From: an uncultured Gammaproteobacteria bacterium
GTDB taxonomy: Bacteria; Patescibacteriota; Patescibacteriia; UBA2196; GWA2-42-15
Assembly: GCA_964573135.1 (NCBI GenBank)
Contig: CAZNIO010000005.1
Span: 3,362-67,361 of the forward strand
Direction of reading: 5' to 3'
Length of the DNA stretch: 64,000 nucleotides
The notes beneath the pieces are model-generated. The model saw only the letters and a list, made by a program, of their open reading frames with translations. It made no database searches and was not told the DNA's origin. The translations under genes and the position numbers were made by a program. Positions 61,093 to 64,000 of this stretch are shown here, piece by piece (the stretch's first letter is position 1; every line of letters starts with the position of its first letter).

Positions 61093-61698
61093 CTATTGAC
61101 TCTGCAATGTCTCTAAATAAAAAGCCATCAAAGTTTCATCATCTATCTGACTCAAATCCTCCTCAGTAACTCCTCCACTCTCAAGTAAAAGTTGTCGCAC
61201 ATCTTCAGCTGTTAAATCTTTTAATTGATCCTTAAGCTCTGGCGTTAATTCCGCCCCTTCCCCTGTATTCTCATCCTCGTATTGGTAATCCTCTACATAG
61301 CCCCCGCTATCATCCACTCTCTGCTCACGACAATTCACGCCTTTGGGACAATTTGGATCATAACCATCATCAACTTCATCTTTGTCTAAATATCCATCAG
61401 AGTCTGTATCCTCCAAATACATCGATGTTTTATAAATATATAATTCTTCAAAATCAGATAAACCATCACCATCTGTATCTGCCACCTGTAATTCCTCCAC
61501 GCTCCTTGCGTCTGTTTCTAAACTGTCGCCATAATCAATCTCATCTCCACTCGGAGCATAATTACCACCCGCTAAATTAATAGTTTTACTCACTTGCAAA
61601 ATACCAAGAACAATAGCCGAAATACCAAAAAAACACAAAGCAATAAACATCACTTTAGTCCATGTATTTTTTGGTGTTTTATTTAAATCATCTGTCAT
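61093..61698 (-). CDS. Membrane-anchored Ca-binding (bacterial TSP3-like) repeat protein
   Basis: TM, DTDGDGLSDFEE and DTDSDGYLDKDE, DPNCPKGVNC, acidic tail. Confidence 0.75.
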   Translation of the reverse strand: MTDDLNKTPKNTWTKVMFIALCFFGISAIVLGILQVSKTINLAGGNYAPSGDEIDYGDSLETDARSVEELQVADTDGDGLSDFEELYIYKTSMYLEDTDSDGYLDKDEVDDGYDPNCPKGVNCREQRVDDSGGYVEDYQYEDENTGEGAELTPELKDQLKDLTAEDVRQLLLESGGVTEEDLSQIDDETLMAFYLETLQSQ

Positions 61699-61774
61699 TT
61701 ATAAGGCAGATTACTTCCTATTTATTATACAATATTTTTACTCGATTAGCTAATTAAATGCACTGTGCATAACA

Positions 61775-62572
61775 CTAATCAATTTTTTTTAATTTTTCTG
61801 CTAATCTTATCCAATCTTCCACCCCTAAATCCTCTGCTCGTACCTTTAAATTAAGTCCCAAATCAATTATTAATTTTTCACTTTCTTCCTTGCCATATAC
61901 TGATGCGAAATTATTCTTTAACATCTTCCTTTTTGAAGAAAATCCAATACGCACCACTCGAAAAAAAACATCATTACGTTCTCTTTGATTAACTTCAATG
62001 AAAACAACAGCGCTATCAACTTTCGGCACTGGCCAAAAACTATTCTTGCCAACTTCTCGTACAATTTTCAAACTCCCATAATACTGACACATCACAGACA
62101 GTACTGACATATCTCCATTTTTGGCACACATTCGATCAGCTACCTCTTTTTGCACCATTACTAATATAGATTTAGGCCTATTTTCAGACTCGAGTAACAC
62201 CCTTAAAACCCTTGATGTTATACTATATGGTAAATTAGCCACAACCCTGTAATCTGCAAAACCCTTAAACCAAACAAGAAAATCTCCCTCAATCAAATCC
62301 AAATGGTCTTCCCCATTAAATCTGTCCTTTAAATACTCATAAAGTCGATTATCTTTTTCAATTGCAATCACCTTACCCGCTCTTTTAACCAATTCCTCGG
62401 TTAATGCCCCAAAACCAGGTCCAATCTCTAAAACCGTGTCCTCTTTTCTCAAATCAGCTACCTTAATAATATCCCCTAAAACAGTCTCATCAACTAAAAA
62501 ATTCTGACCCAATCCTTTAAAAGGGGAAATATCTAATTCTTTACATAATCTTTGTATATCTAATTCTGTCAT
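61775..62572 (-). CDS. rsmA: 16S rRNA m6,2A dimethyltransferase
   Basis: LGQNFL, LEIGPGFGALT, ANLPYSI, MVQKEVA, FWPVPKVDSA, RKML. Confidence 0.96.
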   Translation of the reverse strand: MTELDIQRLCKELDISPFKGLGQNFLVDETVLGDIIKVADLRKEDTVLEIGPGFGALTEELVKRAGKVIAIEKDNRLYEYLKDRFNGEDHLDLIEGDFLVWFKGFADYRVVANLPYSITSRVLRVLLESENRPKSILVMVQKEVADRMCAKNGDMSVLSVMCQYYGSLKIVREVGKNSFWPVPKVDSAVVFIEVNQRERNDVFFRVVRIGFSSKRKMLKNNFASVYGKEESEKLIIDLGLNLKVRAEDLGVEDWIRLAEKLKKID

Positions 62573-62718
62573 TAAATTTATTCTAAATACCTCATAAAAA
62601 TATAATCATACTACAAGTATAGCTCAACAACGCGTGACTAACAACTATACTCAAAAACCCTAATTTAGAAAAAACTGCCATTTTTAGTCAAAAATAAGTC
62701 CCAATAAACTCATATCTA

Positions 62719-62776
62719 ATGATATAATAAACTTGACTTTAACTTTATCTATGATATAATTAAAATAGACTTTAAC
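62719..62776 (+). promoter_or_regulatory. Promoter with an imperfect direct repeat upstream of the AAA ATPase
   Basis: ATGATATAAT-N6/7-GACTTTAAC twice; contains TTGACT-N16-TATAAT with extended TG. Confidence 0.6.
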
Positions 62777-62793
62777 AATATCATACTTAATAT

Positions 62794-64000
62794 ATGTACA
62801 ATCTACTAAAATTACAAAATGAACACTGGGAAAAGGCCAATATTAGCCAATCAGGTATAAAACGTACTCTAATGGGCCCCCTATTCCAGGAAAAAGACAA
62901 AAACAATATCACAGTCTTAAAAGGAGCCAGACAAACCGGCAAGTCTTTTCTATTTAAAATGATTATCTCCAAATTAATTAAAAACGGCGTTAACCCGCAC
63001 CATATATATTATATTAATTTTGATGATACCAGCCTAAGAGATAAAACCAACGAAAATTTAGATGTTTTCAAAAATTTTATTTTAAACGAAATAAAACAAC
63101 ACCAAGGCAGTAAACTATATTTTTTTATAGATGAATTTCAAAAAGTCAAAAATATTACTGATTTAATCAAAATTCTTTTTGAAAGCACTAATCATGTAAA
63201 ATTCTATTTATCCGGTTCATCATCTTTGGTTATTTCAGAAAAAATAAGTGAGAGCCTACTCGGTCGGACTTCTGAATATATCTTAAATACTCTCTCCTTC
63301 AAAGAACTAATAGACTGCAAATATCAACTACCAACTATTAATCTAGAACAATTATTAAATGATCCACAAAGAATTATTAAAAAATTTAATCTGTACAAAG
63401 AAGATATAATTCATGAATTCAAGCAGTTTATGCTATACGGAGGATACCCGAAGCTAACCGAAACAAACAATAGGTTAGAAAAAATAAAAATCCTTAAAGA
63501 CAATATTGATAATTATATTAATAAAGATATTTTAGGAGAGTTAAAAATAGAAAGAATAAATGAGTATAAAAAATTAATGCAGTACCTAAGCTCTACAACT
63601 GGTAGCCTGTTAAACATGAACAACATGGGCAATGATTTGGGATTGTCTTTTGTAACCACCAAAAAATATCTTAATATTTTAAGTAATACATATATCACGA
63701 ATCTACTCTCTCCTTATTCATCAAATGTTATAAACACTATCAAAAAGGCCAACAAAAACTATTTCCTAGACAGCGGGCTTCGCAATGTATTAGCCGAAGA
63801 ATATGAACAAGAAAGCTTAAGCATGGGCCAAGTATTAGAAAATTTGCTATGGCTAAAGCTATACCAATATAATAATTATTCCAAACTTTTTTTGGGCAAT
63901 ATTTTTTACTTGCGCACTAGCAATAATTCAGAAATAGATTTTGTATATAAATATCAAAAAAAACTCTATTTATTTGAAAGCAAAATCAAATTTGGAATTA
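62794..64000 (+). CDS. AAA_14/DUF4143 family ATP-binding protein (runs off window end)
   Basis: Manual translation MYNLLKLQNEHW...GARQTGKS, FIDEFQ, SGSSS, SESLLGR, YGGYP, KNYFLDSGL, EIDFV. Not in the ORF track because it has no stop in the window. Confidence 0.88.
   Translation, partial: MYNLLKLQNEHWEKANISQSGIKRTLMGPLFQEKDKNNITVLKGARQTGKSFLFKMIISKLIKNGVNPHHIYYINFDDTSLRDKTNENLDVFKNFILNEIKQHQGSKLYFFIDEFQKVKNITDLIKILFESTNHVKFYLSGSSSLVISEKISESLLGRTSEYILNTLSFKELIDCKYQLPTINLEQLLNDPQRIIKKFNLYKEDIIHEFKQFMLYGGYPKLTETNNRLEKIKILKDNIDNYINKDILGELKIERINEYKKLMQYLSSTTGSLLNMNNMGNDLGLSFVTTKKYLNILSNTYITNLLSPYSSNVINTIKKANKNYFLDSGLRNVLAEEYEQESLSMGQVLENLLWLKLYQYNNYSKLFLGNIFYLRTSNNSEIDFVYKYQKKLYLFESKIKFGI

Noticed and set aside
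34408-61698. Integrative conjugative element or prophage
   Set aside because: No integrase, relaxase, coupling protein, att repeats or phage structural genes seen; the cluster is flanked by recG and rsmA and shares host strand skew.
62787-63698. Minus-strand ORFs 62787-62972 and 63513-63698
   Set aside because: Antisense to the motif-rich AAA_14/DUF4143 ORF starting at 62794.

Overview
AT-rich bacterial chromosome segment using the standard genetic code. Gene content and style suggest Patescibacteria/CPR (Parcubacteria/ABY1-like; this is inference). It has four blocks. (1) 1-5 kb: housekeeping genes (tRNA-Gly, DUF333 lipoprotein, gmk, RluA-family synthase, CCA-adding enzyme, tRNA-Leu, YdcF). 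(2) 5-22 kb: a surface-glycosylation locus in which about six polytopic GT-C-like membrane proteins alternate with four polyprenol-phosphate-sugar GT2 synthases; it also carries a GT4-methyltransferase fusion, a lone methyltransferase, a LAB_N mini membrane protein and PGI/PMI. (3) 22-34 kb: housekeeping and cell-wall genes (rlmE, FemABX, nucleotidyltransferase, murE, PfkB, clpC, two tRNA-Ser, comF, tRNA-Arg(GCG), recG) plus a TrmB/49-aa-peptide divergent cassette. (4) 34.4-61.7 kb: a ~27 kb co-oriented minus-strand cluster between recG and rsmA. It encodes a T4SS-like core (VirB4 ATPase, PrgI/VirB3-like, extended VirB6, a VirB8-like candidate, two VirB2-like pilin-domain proteins with a DNA-identical core and variable Cys-rich ends). 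It also encodes giant Cys-rich cohesin/CBM/FN3/PKD surface proteins, a Ca-binding repeat protein, a beta-propeller and DsbA. No relaxase, coupling protein or integrase is visible, so it is best read as a domesticated adhesion/host-contact apparatus. A partial AAA_14/DUF4143 ATPase ends the window. Several genes have a -10 box exactly 6 nt before the ATG, which suggests leaderless mRNAs. All calls come from reading motifs by eye; no searches were run.
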